DNA of 64,000 bases from IMG/VR virus record IMGVR_UViG_3300000756_000010; one strand, written 5' to 3'. Made by a program: the position numbers and the translations under genes. This DNA is from a virus. A model generated the notes under the pieces. It saw only the letters and a list, made by a program, of their open reading frames with translations, ran no database searches and had not been told where the DNA came from. Below are positions 9,455-18,128 of this stretch, one piece after another; position 1 is the first letter of the stretch, and the number at the start of each line of letters is the position of its first letter.

Positions 9455-10279
9455 ATGCCAGACCAATGGAATGCATCTACGGCCTATGGACCTGACTCCG
9501 TGGTCGAATACAATAATCTAGTCTACAAGCGTTCTAGATTTCCAAATACTGTTGATGTGGGGCCGCCCCCTAATGAAGCGATGGGAGTTGATCCTCTTGG
9601 TGAACCGATTAGAACGTGGACGCTAAATCAATATGATTTTGATTTTTTAAATAAAAGAAATCGTATCATCCCAAGGTATTTTAGGCTTATTCAAGATTAT
9701 GATACAGTCGCTGGTTTTACAAATTACCAAGGCATGACAAAATTTGCCCAAAGTGCTTATAATTATTATTTCTTTGATATTAAATATTCAGACGGCTACA
9801 CGGTAGAAATAGATCAATCAGGCAGCGGCTTTGGAGATGTCCCGGCAAACAAGTGCGGGGTGGCCTTGCAACAACGGCAAGAACTCAACTGGGATACTTA
9901 CGAGACGCCACCCACTTTCGGTGTGGAGGCTTATATAATTGTTAGGCAAAATTTAATTAAAGTAGGCGGACAATGGGTTGAAGACCCAAACGCACAGCCA
10001 CCATTTACTTATTATGCGTTTTTGCTTTTCAACCATCCTTTATATTTTAGGCGCGTCTTCCAGCTCGCATATTATTATGGAGACAATGCATCACCGTCGG
10101 TAAATCACGAAGTGACTAAAAATTTTACGCCGACGGACAAGAATTACTGTCGGAGAGACTTTCTTAATAACGGATCAGAAAGTTATTTCCAGCCAGACAA
10201 TGCCGCCTGGACGTTTACCCTTTCTGCCGGCGATATATTGGGTTCCGTTTGGGTAAAAAGCATAGAGTCAAACGACTGA
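9455..10279 (+). CDS. Minor tail / receptor-binding-associated protein
   Basis: 274 aa, aromatic-rich and AT-rich; N-terminal WNASTAY....VVEYN..VY resembles carbohydrate-binding type 5/12 repeats. Confidence 0.4.
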   Translation: MPDQWNASTAYGPDSVVEYNNLVYKRSRFPNTVDVGPPPNEAMGVDPLGEPIRTWTLNQYDFDFLNKRNRIIPRYFRLIQDYDTVAGFTNYQGMTKFAQSAYNYYFFDIKYSDGYTVEIDQSGSGFGDVPANKCGVALQQRQELNWDTYETPPTFGVEAYIIVRQNLIKVGGQWVEDPNAQPPFTYYAFLLFNHPLYFRRVFQLAYYYGDNASPSVNHEVTKNFTPTDKNYCRRDFLNNGSESYFQPDNAAWTFTLSAGDILGSVWVKSIESND

Positions 10280-10290
10280 TTTGGGCAGTA

Positions 10291-10310
10291 TTGACATACG
10301 GCTAAACTCA
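10291..10310 (+). promoter_or_regulatory. Late-gene motif copy 4
   Basis: ttgacatacggctaaactca upstream of ATG 10323. Confidence 0.75.
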
Positions 10311-10322
10311 AACGGCGAACAT

Positions 10323-10649
10323 ATGTCCTGCACAAATCATCAATTTAAGCGGGGAGTAACCTTTATTGGTGCTGGAACCTATGCCACGGAGCCTGGGTGG
10401 CCGGCAAGCCTGACCGGGGTAACCATCGTCACCGCGCTGCTCGATGCCCACAATAAGCTTCATTATTTTGATGTAGTAATCACCAGCCCTACCACCTTTA
10501 CGGTAACCTCTAATCAGACGCAGGAATGGAACATTGGTACGGCATATTGGGATATCAAATTTTATCAGAACACCAGCGAGGTGTTCTACTCTGCTACCGT
10601 AAGGCTTGAAATATTGCCCAACGTAACCCCCAACAAAGTCTCTTACTGA
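10323..10649 (+). CDS. Fibre-associated / baseplate upper-like protein
   Basis: FKRG.TF start and AYWDIKF..S.T..LEI..NVT end, a pattern common in genes before tail fibres; ATG 10323 preferred over TTG 10281. Confidence 0.5.
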   Translation: MSCTNHQFKRGVTFIGAGTYATEPGWPASLTGVTIVTALLDAHNKLHYFDVVITSPTTFTVTSNQTQEWNIGTAYWDIKFYQNTSEVFYSATVRLEILPNVTPNKVSY

Positions 10650-12652
10650 TGGCCTTTACAATTAGCATTAACGATCAAGCGGCTTTTGAAGTCCTCTTTG
10701 CTGGTCCTGCCGGCCCGACTGGCCCCCAAGGCGTCCCCGGAGAGGGAGTAGCCGCTGGAGGCACAACGGGTCAGGTACTCAAAAAATTAAGTGCAACCGA
10801 CTACGACACAGGCTGGTCTAGTGACATCAGCGGCGTTGCCTGGGGAGGAATCACCGGCACCCTATCTACCCAGACTGACTTACAGTCAGTTTTAAATAGC
10901 AAATTGGATACTACTAGTGCGGCGGCTACCTATTATTTGCAGTCCAATCCAGACGGGTTTATTACCGCACTTGATCTTACTGGGTATGCAACAGAAAACT
11001 TTGTATTGAGCCAAGGTTACGCAACGGAAATTTTTGTTTTAGGCCAAGGGTATATCACAAGTTCTGCACTTATTGGCTATGCAACCGAGTCATTTGTTAA
11101 TTCTGGATTTTATCCTTTAACTGGCAACCCTTCGTCCTTCATCACTTCCGCCGCACTTGCTCCTTATCTCCTTTCCTCGACGGCTGCATCAACGTACCAG
11201 CCGCTGTCTGGGATGTCGGCTTACCTTACTAAGGAAGGAAACCTTACAGGGATTACCAACCCGGCAACAGCCAGAAGCAATCTGGATTTAGGTTCAGTAA
11301 GCGGGGTGACTTTTGCCTCTGCTACTATTCAGGGGTCTGGTAGTAACGTCGCACATTTAAACTCTACGTCATTAAGCCTTAATCATACGGGCTACGGACA
11401 ATTCACAATTCAGCCATCGTCCGGCATAACGTTCCCAGACGCAACGACGCAGACCACGGCCTACACAGGTGGTAGCGGCACTTGGGGGTCTATTGTTGGG
11501 ACACTCTCCAACCAGGCTGATCTTCAAAGCGCGCTGGATGTTAAACTTGACCAGCCCACCGCCGACGGACTGTATTACCCTCTTGCCGGCAACCCTTCAG
11601 CATTTATCGACGCTTCGGCGTTGATTGGATACGCCACCGAGTCCTTTGTTACCTCGCAGGGCTACATCACCGACGCTCCTTCGGACGGTTACACCTACGG
11701 ACGGCTCAACGGAGGGTGGTCGGCGGTTGGCGGTGGCGGTGTATGGGGTTCAATCACCGGGACGTTAGGCGATCAGACCGACCTCGCAACGGTGCTTAAT
11801 ACAAAGACAGAAGTCGGAACGGTTTTAGGTTTAATTTCAAACCTATATTCCGACATCGCTTTCGGACCAAGTGGAGGCCCCAACATCCCGATGGGTCGAC
11901 TGCTTATTACGGACGCACCTGACGACGGAGCTGGAAATACTAATGCGCGCGTTAACTTTTCAGCCAGCGCGACTTTAGGAAACATCCTGCAAGACGGAGA
12001 CTTTGCACGAGACTTTCCCAGCGGTCACTTTGTTTATCGTAACGCAGGAACCACTTACACGATTGCCTCAACGTTTTACGTTAACCAGCAAGGGTTTATT
12101 ACGTCGGCGTCTCTTGCTCCTTACGCTCCGCTGGCTGGTGCTACGTTCACCGGCAAGGTCAACATGGCAGCACCGACGGCTGGCTCGGCTTCGCTCAACC
12201 TTGGCGTGGGGACAGCCCCGACTACCTCTGTTGCGGGTGACATCTGGATTGCGACTAACATAAACTTTAGGGACGTTTCTGGGACGCTTAAAACTGTTGC
12301 GAATACCACCACCTCCAACACCTTTTCGCAGCCGCAGATTATTCAGTCTCCACTTGCAACAACCACCGCTGCCCTGCGGGTTACGCAGCTTGGCACAGGT
12401 AACGCCATCCAAGTCGAAGACAGCACAACCCCTGACGCTACGGCTTTCGTTGTAGATCAGCATGGCAAGGTCGGAGTCGGAACCGCCCCGGACGCAACTG
12501 CGGCCATTAAGATTGATGGCAACGGAATGTCCTTTAACGGCCTCGTGTTTAACCCGACCGCCACCGACGCACATACAGGCGGGCCAGTTACGCTCGACCT
12601 GCTCGTAACGATTAACGGAACCAACTATCGACTCGGCCTTCGCCCCGCTTAA
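10649..12652 (+). CDS. Tail fibre protein
   Basis: 667 aa; collagen-like GPAGPTGPQGVPG, internal WG.I.GTL..Q.DL and GYATE.FV repeats, Thr/Gly/Ala-rich. Confidence 0.85.
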   Translation: MAFTISINDQAAFEVLFAGPAGPTGPQGVPGEGVAAGGTTGQVLKKLSATDYDTGWSSDISGVAWGGITGTLSTQTDLQSVLNSKLDTTSAAATYYLQSNPDGFITALDLTGYATENFVLSQGYATEIFVLGQGYITSSALIGYATESFVNSGFYPLTGNPSSFITSAALAPYLLSSTAASTYQPLSGMSAYLTKEGNLTGITNPATARSNLDLGSVSGVTFASATIQGSGSNVAHLNSTSLSLNHTGYGQFTIQPSSGITFPDATTQTTAYTGGSGTWGSIVGTLSNQADLQSALDVKLDQPTADGLYYPLAGNPSAFIDASALIGYATESFVTSQGYITDAPSDGYTYGRLNGGWSAVGGGGVWGSITGTLGDQTDLATVLNTKTEVGTVLGLISNLYSDIAFGPSGGPNIPMGRLLITDAPDDGAGNTNARVNFSASATLGNILQDGDFARDFPSGHFVYRNAGTTYTIASTFYVNQQGFITSASLAPYAPLAGATFTGKVNMAAPTAGSASLNLGVGTAPTTSVAGDIWIATNINFRDVSGTLKTVANTTTSNTFSQPQIIQSPLATTTAALRVTQLGTGNAIQVEDSTTPDATAFVVDQHGKVGVGTAPDATAAIKIDGNGMSFNGLVFNPTATDAHTGGPVTLDLLVTINGTNYRLGLRPA

Positions 12653-12653
12653 C

Positions 12654-12782
12654 ATGACCCACCTCCTCGCCCTCGTCATCGGCTTCGTTGCTGGTGCCCT
12701 CGTTTTCCGCAAACACGCCGCCAAGGCTGCTTCCCTTGAAGCTAAGGGCAAGTCCGCCCTCGACGCCCTCAAGGGCCGCTGA
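12654..12782 (+). CDS. Small membrane protein (42 aa, MTHLLALVIGFVAGALVFRKH...)
   Basis: Translated by hand; one TM segment plus basic tail; capsid-like codon bias; below the ORF-track cutoff. Confidence 0.65.
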   Translation: MTHLLALVIGFVAGALVFRKHAAKAASLEAKGKSALDALKGR

Positions 12783-12785
12783 TCG

Positions 12786-13499
12786 GTGCGCCCCCTTCTG
12801 GTCATCGCCTTGCTGGCCCTGACTGCTGGGTGCGTCACAACCCGTCCGCCCCTCCCAGAGCAGCCGAACGCCCCCACCTCGGTGGGCATCGTGGACACAG
12901 TTGGTAAACAATGGGACCAGGCTGATCAGAAGGTTGCCGCATCGGTCTCCATTGCACGGGAGAACGCCGACAAGCCGGAAGTTGTACGCTCTGAGACGAC
13001 CGTGGCACTCTCGTTCTTGCCAGCCGCCAATGCCGGCGAGCTTGCCCTCGCACGGGCACGTGCTGCCAAGGCCGACCAAAAGGACTACGCCACCGCCGTG
13101 GACTTCGGCAAGAAACTCCTCGCCCAGATTGACAACAACTGGGCCAAGGTCGAAGCCGACAACCGGGAAGCGAAAAGGGTTTCAGATTTAAAGGATGCTC
13201 GGATTAAAGAACTGACCGCCGACATCGAGCGCGTCAAAGCCGAGGCCAGCCGAAACATCTGGACGCTGACCGGCGCGGGTCTGGTAGTTATCGGTGCGCT
13301 GGCGTTTGCCTTTGGTGGCGGTCCCCGTGTCGGTATCCCCCTAATTATCTCTGGTGCCTTCTGCGGTGCGGTCCCGCACATCATCGACTCGCCCTACTTT
13401 ACTTGGCTGGCAATCGGGACTGTTGCCATTATCGCAGGGCTAGGCATCTGGTGGCTGGCAGATAGAGTAAAAGATTCTGTTCGTTCGTTACATGACTAA
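12786..13499 (+). CDS. Lipoprotein with C-terminal TM helices; putative unimolecular spanin
   Basis: Lipobox LTAGC at Cys16, Pro-rich linker, coiled coil, then 2-3 hydrophobic segments; in lysis cassette. Confidence 0.6.
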   Translation: MRPLLVIALLALTAGCVTTRPPLPEQPNAPTSVGIVDTVGKQWDQADQKVAASVSIARENADKPEVVRSETTVALSFLPAANAGELALARARAAKADQKDYATAVDFGKKLLAQIDNNWAKVEADNREAKRVSDLKDARIKELTADIERVKAEASRNIWTLTGAGLVVIGALAFAFGGGPRVGIPLIISGAFCGAVPHIIDSPYFTWLAIGTVAIIAGLGIWWLADRVKDSVRSLHD

Positions 13500-13776
13500 A
13501 CGACGCATAAAAAGTAAGGTAATTTTTAGGCGTCTGGGCCGTGAAAAGGCGTGGGGACAGGCTACGATTGGCGAAGGTTTAATAGAAATCGATCCGCGCC
13601 TCGGAGCAAGGCGACAACTTGAGGTTTTGTGCCATGAGCAGGTTCATCTTACGTTTCCAGAAATGTCAGAGACCCAAGTTGATCGTGCCGGCAAGGACAT
13701 CGCAGCCGTCCTTTGGTCGCAGAACTACAGGCGAGTCCTGCTCGACGTTAACGCCAAGCCACCCCGCATCACATGA
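13492..13776 (+). CDS. Small zincin-like protein (HExxH)
   Basis: LCHEQVH motif preceded by GLIEIDPRL; 94 aa. Confidence 0.55.
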   Translation: MTKRRIKSKVIFRRLGREKAWGQATIGEGLIEIDPRLGARRQLEVLCHEQVHLTFPEMSETQVDRAGKDIAAVLWSQNYRRVLLDVNAKPPRIT

Positions 13777-13940
13777 ACGTCGAGACGTTTACAACTATCG
13801 TCGTGCCAGGCGTCGCTTCTGTTGCCTACTTTTCCGCCGGCATGGCGAACATCTACGTCAAGAACTACCCCCTTGCCCTCATGTGGATTTGCTACGCCGT
13901 GGCCAACGTCTGCCTTCTTTCTACCGTAATCCGTAAATGA
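13773..13940 (+). CDS. Small two-TM membrane protein (55 aa, MNVETFTTIVVPGVASVAYF...)
   Basis: Translated by hand; ATGA overlaps at both ends; hydrophobic. Confidence 0.6.
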   Translation: MNVETFTTIVVPGVASVAYFSAGMANIYVKNYPLALMWICYAVANVCLLSTVIRK

Positions 13941-14239
13941 GTGTTATCCCCCCCCCTACCCCCGATGAAATCTCTGTTTCAATTAGAGACATAGGTTTGG
14001 GCGTTTTAATAGGATCGGCCTCATGGCTCATCCGCTATTTCTGCTCCACCGAAAAGCAGTCGCTCGGCTACATCTTCCGCCGCACCGCCACCGCCGGATT
14101 TACCGCACTTTGCGTGGGGATGGCAACTAAGGGCTACCTTTCTAACGATTCCTTGGCTTTTGCCGCTGCTGGAATGGCTGGTTACGCAAGCCCAGAACTT
14201 GTTGATTACGCCCTTTTGAAGCTACGCAAGGGTAAGTAG
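13937..14239 (+). CDS. Holin-like membrane protein
   Basis: 100 aa, about three TM segments, AGMAGYASPE motif, basic C-terminus KLRKGK; last late gene. Confidence 0.65.
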   Translation: MSVIPPPTPDEISVSIRDIGLGVLIGSASWLIRYFCSTEKQSLGYIFRRTATAGFTALCVGMATKGYLSNDSLAFAAAGMAGYASPELVDYALLKLRKGK

Positions 14240-14253
14240 TCGCCCTTGACCCC

Positions 14254-14274
14254 GAAAAGCCCGCCACGGGCTTC
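14254..14274 (-). terminator. Terminator between convergent lysis and mom genes
   Basis: AAGCCCG-cca-CGGGCTT hairpin with T-run on the - strand. Confidence 0.6.
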
Positions 14275-14940
14275 CTAGGCGGCTTTCTTGGGGTAAGGCA
14301 GGACTGGGTACTTCAGCTTTTTCATCAGTTCCTTCTTACGGGTCTTGGAACAGTTAAAATAGATGTACCGATACTTCATGCTGCTAAAGTATTCCTCAAC
14401 CATGTCTTCGCCATATTGATCAATGATGTCCTGCTTCGTCATGCGTTCCCGGCGGCGGTAGACCGTCCCACCAGCGTTAACCGATGCATTCTTGGGTCGG
14501 AAGTACTTCATCTTCGGGCTAATGCCCGTATAAATCCAATTGGTAGCTTGGTAGATATACCCAATATGTCCCTGCTCGGAATCCGCAAAGGACACGATAA
14601 TTTCAAAGGGGCATTGGCGAAGGGCATGGCCTACAAAGAAGCTTTCAGTATTCTTGGGCATCGATTCCTCAACCCATAACCTATTGAACTCAACCACGTT
14701 CTTGCTTTCGTCGTTGCCGCAAATGCCGTTGCAAAGAGTGTAGGAAGACGGCTTGCCAAAGACAATCACGCCGACAAGCCTGCCTTGCTGAAAGAAATCA
14801 TCATTGGTCGTCTCGTTGGTGAATAAGCCAAACGACGCTGAACAGGAACATTCCCTGTGCAGGTAATGATTTTTAACGATGGTATCCATTGCCAACCTAT
14901 ATTCGATAGGTCTTACCGTGAGAGTAGACACGATGCTCAT
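14275..14940 (-). CDS. mom: Mom-like DNA adenine modification enzyme (GNAT fold)
   Basis: NHYLH, GVIVFG.P, EFNRLW, SFADSEQGHIGYIYQATNWIYTG motifs typical of Mu Mom homologues. Confidence 0.8.
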   Translation of the reverse strand: MSIVSTLTVRPIEYRLAMDTIVKNHYLHRECSCSASFGLFTNETTNDDFFQQGRLVGVIVFGKPSSYTLCNGICGNDESKNVVEFNRLWVEESMPKNTESFFVGHALRQCPFEIIVSFADSEQGHIGYIYQATNWIYTGISPKMKYFRPKNASVNAGGTVYRRRERMTKQDIIDQYGEDMVEEYFSSMKYRYIYFNCSKTRKKELMKKLKYPVLPYPKKAA

Positions 14941-16925
14941 GTGTCGTATTTGGTGCCTTGGTAGTACAGAGCGGCACCCACCTTTCGGGGTTCGATAATG
15001 CCGTTGGTGACCATAGCCTTGATAAGGGCTTCCGCCTGGTCGCGCTGGAGTTTGTGGTCGGACACCAATTCCTCTAGCAAAGCCCCCCGGCTGATGCGGG
15101 GCTTGGACTCAAAGTGACGGTACTGCTGCCCGACCTTGAGCAGCTCGAAACCGCCGGCCAAGGGGGCGACCTCCCATAGCACCCGATCATCGGCGTGTTT
15201 TAGTTTGATTGATAGGGTAGGCTTGCCGTCTGGCGTCCGCATCCCAGCCAGCTTCCCGCGCTTCGTTAGGTTGAACGAGAACACGGGCAGTTCCTTCGAC
15301 TCCCGCCTGATGTTGATAATGGCCCTTGACCAGTTCACCAACTCCGAACTCCCAATACCGCTGTACATCTGGTCGGACACCGTCTGGCCGTCCTTGACCT
15401 CCTGCGGCTTTGGTTTGCCCTCATGGTGGATGAAGACCATGATGCACCCCGTTTCCTGAAGCACGGGCTGCACAAGGTTACGCAGGAAGTGGGAGCAGAC
15501 CTCCTGCTTGGATAGGTCACCCCCCACATAGGACAGCAGCGGATCGGCGACCAGCACGTCCAGTTTATGCCTTACGATAATCTTCCTGCACAGGTCGACA
15601 AAGTCCTTGCCCGTCTTCGACGCCTCGGTAAAGAACTTTAGGTTCGTTTTGCACAACGCCTTCTCTTCCGGGGACAGACGCATTCCAGAACTGACGCCCT
15701 GATAGGCTTCGGCAAGGTCTCCGATATCGCACTCGGCTTGAACGACTGCGATTTTGAGAGGGTGAATGACAGGTATCCCGAAGAGTTCCCGACCGATTGC
15801 CCAAGAAGCTGCCATCTGCATGACAAACGACGACTTCCCGATTCCTGATTGACCTGTAACGAGTAGCGAGCCACCACGGCATAAGTACCGACCGTGTCCG
15901 ACGACGTGGTTAGGATCGTTTCTCGTGTCATAGTTTTCCAAGGTTTCCGTGCTGACTTCTTGTGGAAAGTCTTGTCCTTCCCTCCAAGCAACGAAGTCAT
16001 CCCAGTCCAAGGCTCCCGTTTTAAAGGCGACGATTTTCTGTTCGTTCTCCCCGCGCATGACTCCGCCGAGGCGGCTCCAGCGGGACGGGTTCTTGTTTTG
16101 CGGGTCGGGTTCATGGTCGGAAAGGTAGTCATACACCGTATTACGTCGCTCTTCCCATTGCTCCTTGGTCTGGGCGTCGACGCGCACCCAGGCGTGGACT
16201 GACTTGCCGCCAGAGTCAACGAGCAGGCTGATGGGCAGGTTTGATTGCTGGAAGATGGCCACCTGCTCGTCCTTGGGCTTCTTGTCGAACTCGACCAAGA
16301 CGTGGCGGTAGGCGGATACCGCACCGTCCGTCCCCGTGAAGTCGTCGGGCGTAAAGGGGTTGATGCGAATCCAAGCCCCCGACTCCGTGCCGGCAAACTT
16401 AGCAGCCCCCACGGCTCCGGGGCCAAAGAACTTGGTGATCCACTCAGCGCGGGTCAGGAAGATGCCCTTCGACGCCGGGAACCACTTACCGTCCTCGGTC
16501 TGGCCAGCTTCGTTCGTGATGCAGATGATGTCCTCGTTCGTAAAGCAGTTCAGCAGGACATCAGCGGTCGTGAAAGGCGTCTGGGCTTCAGCCAGCTCCG
16601 CAACCCGGTTGGGGTCAAAGACGAAGCGACCGTTCGCCCCGACCCTACGCTCCGTACCCTTGGCAAGCCAACCCTTCTGGCGTTCGTGAGGCTTGACGTA
16701 GGCGTCGTTCAACTTGTGACGCAGGTCTTTCTCAGACCACGGCGGCGAGCAGCGGAGGTTAAACTCCTGAAGCAGGCTCCAAGCGTCCGACCACGGCAGG
16801 TCAAACCCATTGGCCAATATGCTGGCGGCACGGTAGGTGGCGGGATGTCCGCCTTGGCCGGCGACAGCGGCAGGCAGTTTAGCGAGATAGGCTCTCGCCC
16901 CGGAAACACGATCCTCGGTGGTCAT
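14937..16925 (-). CDS. Primase-helicase (PriCT-like + RepB-type AEP primase + AAA_25/SF4-like helicase)
   Basis: LVEFD and SGGKSVHAW primase motifs; Walker A GQSGIGKS; Walker B VLVADP; FIHHEGK; GSSEL. Confidence 0.85.
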   Translation of the reverse strand: MTTEDRVSGARAYLAKLPAAVAGQGGHPATYRAASILANGFDLPWSDAWSLLQEFNLRCSPPWSEKDLRHKLNDAYVKPHERQKGWLAKGTERRVGANGRFVFDPNRVAELAEAQTPFTTADVLLNCFTNEDIICITNEAGQTEDGKWFPASKGIFLTRAEWITKFFGPGAVGAAKFAGTESGAWIRINPFTPDDFTGTDGAVSAYRHVLVEFDKKPKDEQVAIFQQSNLPISLLVDSGGKSVHAWVRVDAQTKEQWEERRNTVYDYLSDHEPDPQNKNPSRWSRLGGVMRGENEQKIVAFKTGALDWDDFVAWREGQDFPQEVSTETLENYDTRNDPNHVVGHGRYLCRGGSLLVTGQSGIGKSSFVMQMAASWAIGRELFGIPVIHPLKIAVVQAECDIGDLAEAYQGVSSGMRLSPEEKALCKTNLKFFTEASKTGKDFVDLCRKIIVRHKLDVLVADPLLSYVGGDLSKQEVCSHFLRNLVQPVLQETGCIMVFIHHEGKPKPQEVKDGQTVSDQMYSGIGSSELVNWSRAIINIRRESKELPVFSFNLTKRGKLAGMRTPDGKPTLSIKLKHADDRVLWEVAPLAGGFELLKVGQQYRHFESKPRISRGALLEELVSDHKLQRDQAEALIKAMVTNGIIEPRKVGAALYYQGTKYDT

Positions 16926-17143
16926 CGACTAGGCTGGGCGTAGGAAATTTTAAAACCGTTGATGGCAAGGCCGACGATATTGTAGTCAACCCACTCCTGA
17001 GCAACCTCGTCATCCCAGCCGTGCAATTTCTTGCAAACCTCAATGAGCTTGAAGTAGTTGTAAGTAAGAAGACCGTCCTTGCCCTTGCGGACGATAGCCT
17101 TCTTGAAAGCCGAGTGCGGCTCCAGTTTGATGGGAGTTTTCAT
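16922..17143 (-). CDS. Hypothetical protein (MKTPIKLEP...)
   Basis: ATGA overlap with primase; ATG 17143 lies downstream of a TTGACG-N18-TAACAA promoter-like site. Confidence 0.6.
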   Translation of the reverse strand: MKTPIKLEPHSAFKKAIVRKGKDGLLTYNYFKLIEVCKKLHGWDDEVAQEWVDYNIVGLAINGFKISYAQPSR

Positions 17144-17181
17144 AGGTGGCGGAGTTGTTATCCCCCCGTACCCCCTATGCG

Positions 17182-17424
17182 TCAACCGTAAAAGTATTTC
17201 ATCTGAATCCGACGACCGTCAAAAAAGCGTAACTTTACTTTCTTTATCTTCCCAGCCTTCTCCATCTGCATTAACCAAACCCGTGCAGTCGAAAGGTGGA
17301 TGCCCCACTTTTTTGACCAATCTTCCGTGGATTTGTAGCCCTTGGGGACAAGCTCGGCAGATCGGGACTTGATGGCCCATAACTGTTTAAGGACGTCTTT
17401 TGAATTCATACTGGCAAAATCCAT
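17182..17424 (-). CDS. Small winged-HTH-like protein
   Basis: STEDWSKKWGIHLSTARVWLMQMEKAGKIKK pattern. Confidence 0.5.
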   Translation of the reverse strand: MDFASMNSKDVLKQLWAIKSRSAELVPKGYKSTEDWSKKWGIHLSTARVWLMQMEKAGKIKKVKLRFFDGRRIQMKYFYG

Positions 17425-18128
17425 TCATCTTGACCGTGCGGCTGCTCATGTACCCACGGTATCAGTTTCTCGTCAGTATAGTAGCCGAAGACCATGCCCT
17501 GCGACCAGGCGAACGTCGCCCTGCGCGTATTGGCGTAATCCATAGCCCCCCGGCGGGTCAAGGTGCCAACGCTGATGCCCGTCGGAGTATCGTCCCGTCG
17601 TCCCGTCATGCGACCAACCTTGTGCGTATGGGCAAAGATCACGTTCCCGTACATCTCGGCCATGTCCCGTGGGGCGTTTTCGCCGTATACCGTACCGTGC
17701 GTAAACTTGTAGTTGGCCAACTGGAACGCTTGCCAGATTCCCGTGTACTCAACAAACAGGGCTTTCCGCTTCCGGCAATGCTCGGTGATGTCGTTGATGA
17801 GGCGAATCGCATAGCCAGAATAAATCTCGTCGTTGGAGGCGGCTTCGCGCCAGAGGCGGACTTCGTGATTGCCGGCCAAAACGACGTTAGGGCGGAGCTG
17901 GTCTAGGAACTTTAGCCCCCCGCCAATGTCGGGTTCGACGGCGTCGCCCTTGCCCCGTGCCGATGACATGAACGGGGTCATATCAACGAAGTCTCCAAGG
18001 TGGACGGTCATATGGGGCTTCCAGCGTTCCTTGAACTTTAGCACCCCCTCGATGGCCTTCGGATCAGCATACATCCCGTGGGAGCAACCTACCGCCATGA
18101 ACCGCTTCCAACCTTTATTGATGTTCAT
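17406..18128 (-). CDS. Calcineurin-like metallophosphoesterase
   Basis: GCSHG, GDFVD, GNHE, THG, AHTH motifs. Confidence 0.8.
   Translation of the reverse strand: MNINKGWKRFMAVGCSHGMYADPKAIEGVLKFKERWKPHMTVHLGDFVDMTPFMSSARGKGDAVEPDIGGGLKFLDQLRPNVVLAGNHEVRLWREAASNDEIYSGYAIRLINDITEHCRKRKALFVEYTGIWQAFQLANYKFTHGTVYGENAPRDMAEMYGNVIFAHTHKVGRMTGRRDDTPTGISVGTLTRRGAMDYANTRRATFAWSQGMVFGYYTDEKLIPWVHEQPHGQDEWILPV

Noticed and set aside
10649-12652. Diversity-generating retroelement or invertible fibre system
   Set aside because: No reverse transcriptase, template repeat or invertase recognised; the two fibre copies are the genome duplication.
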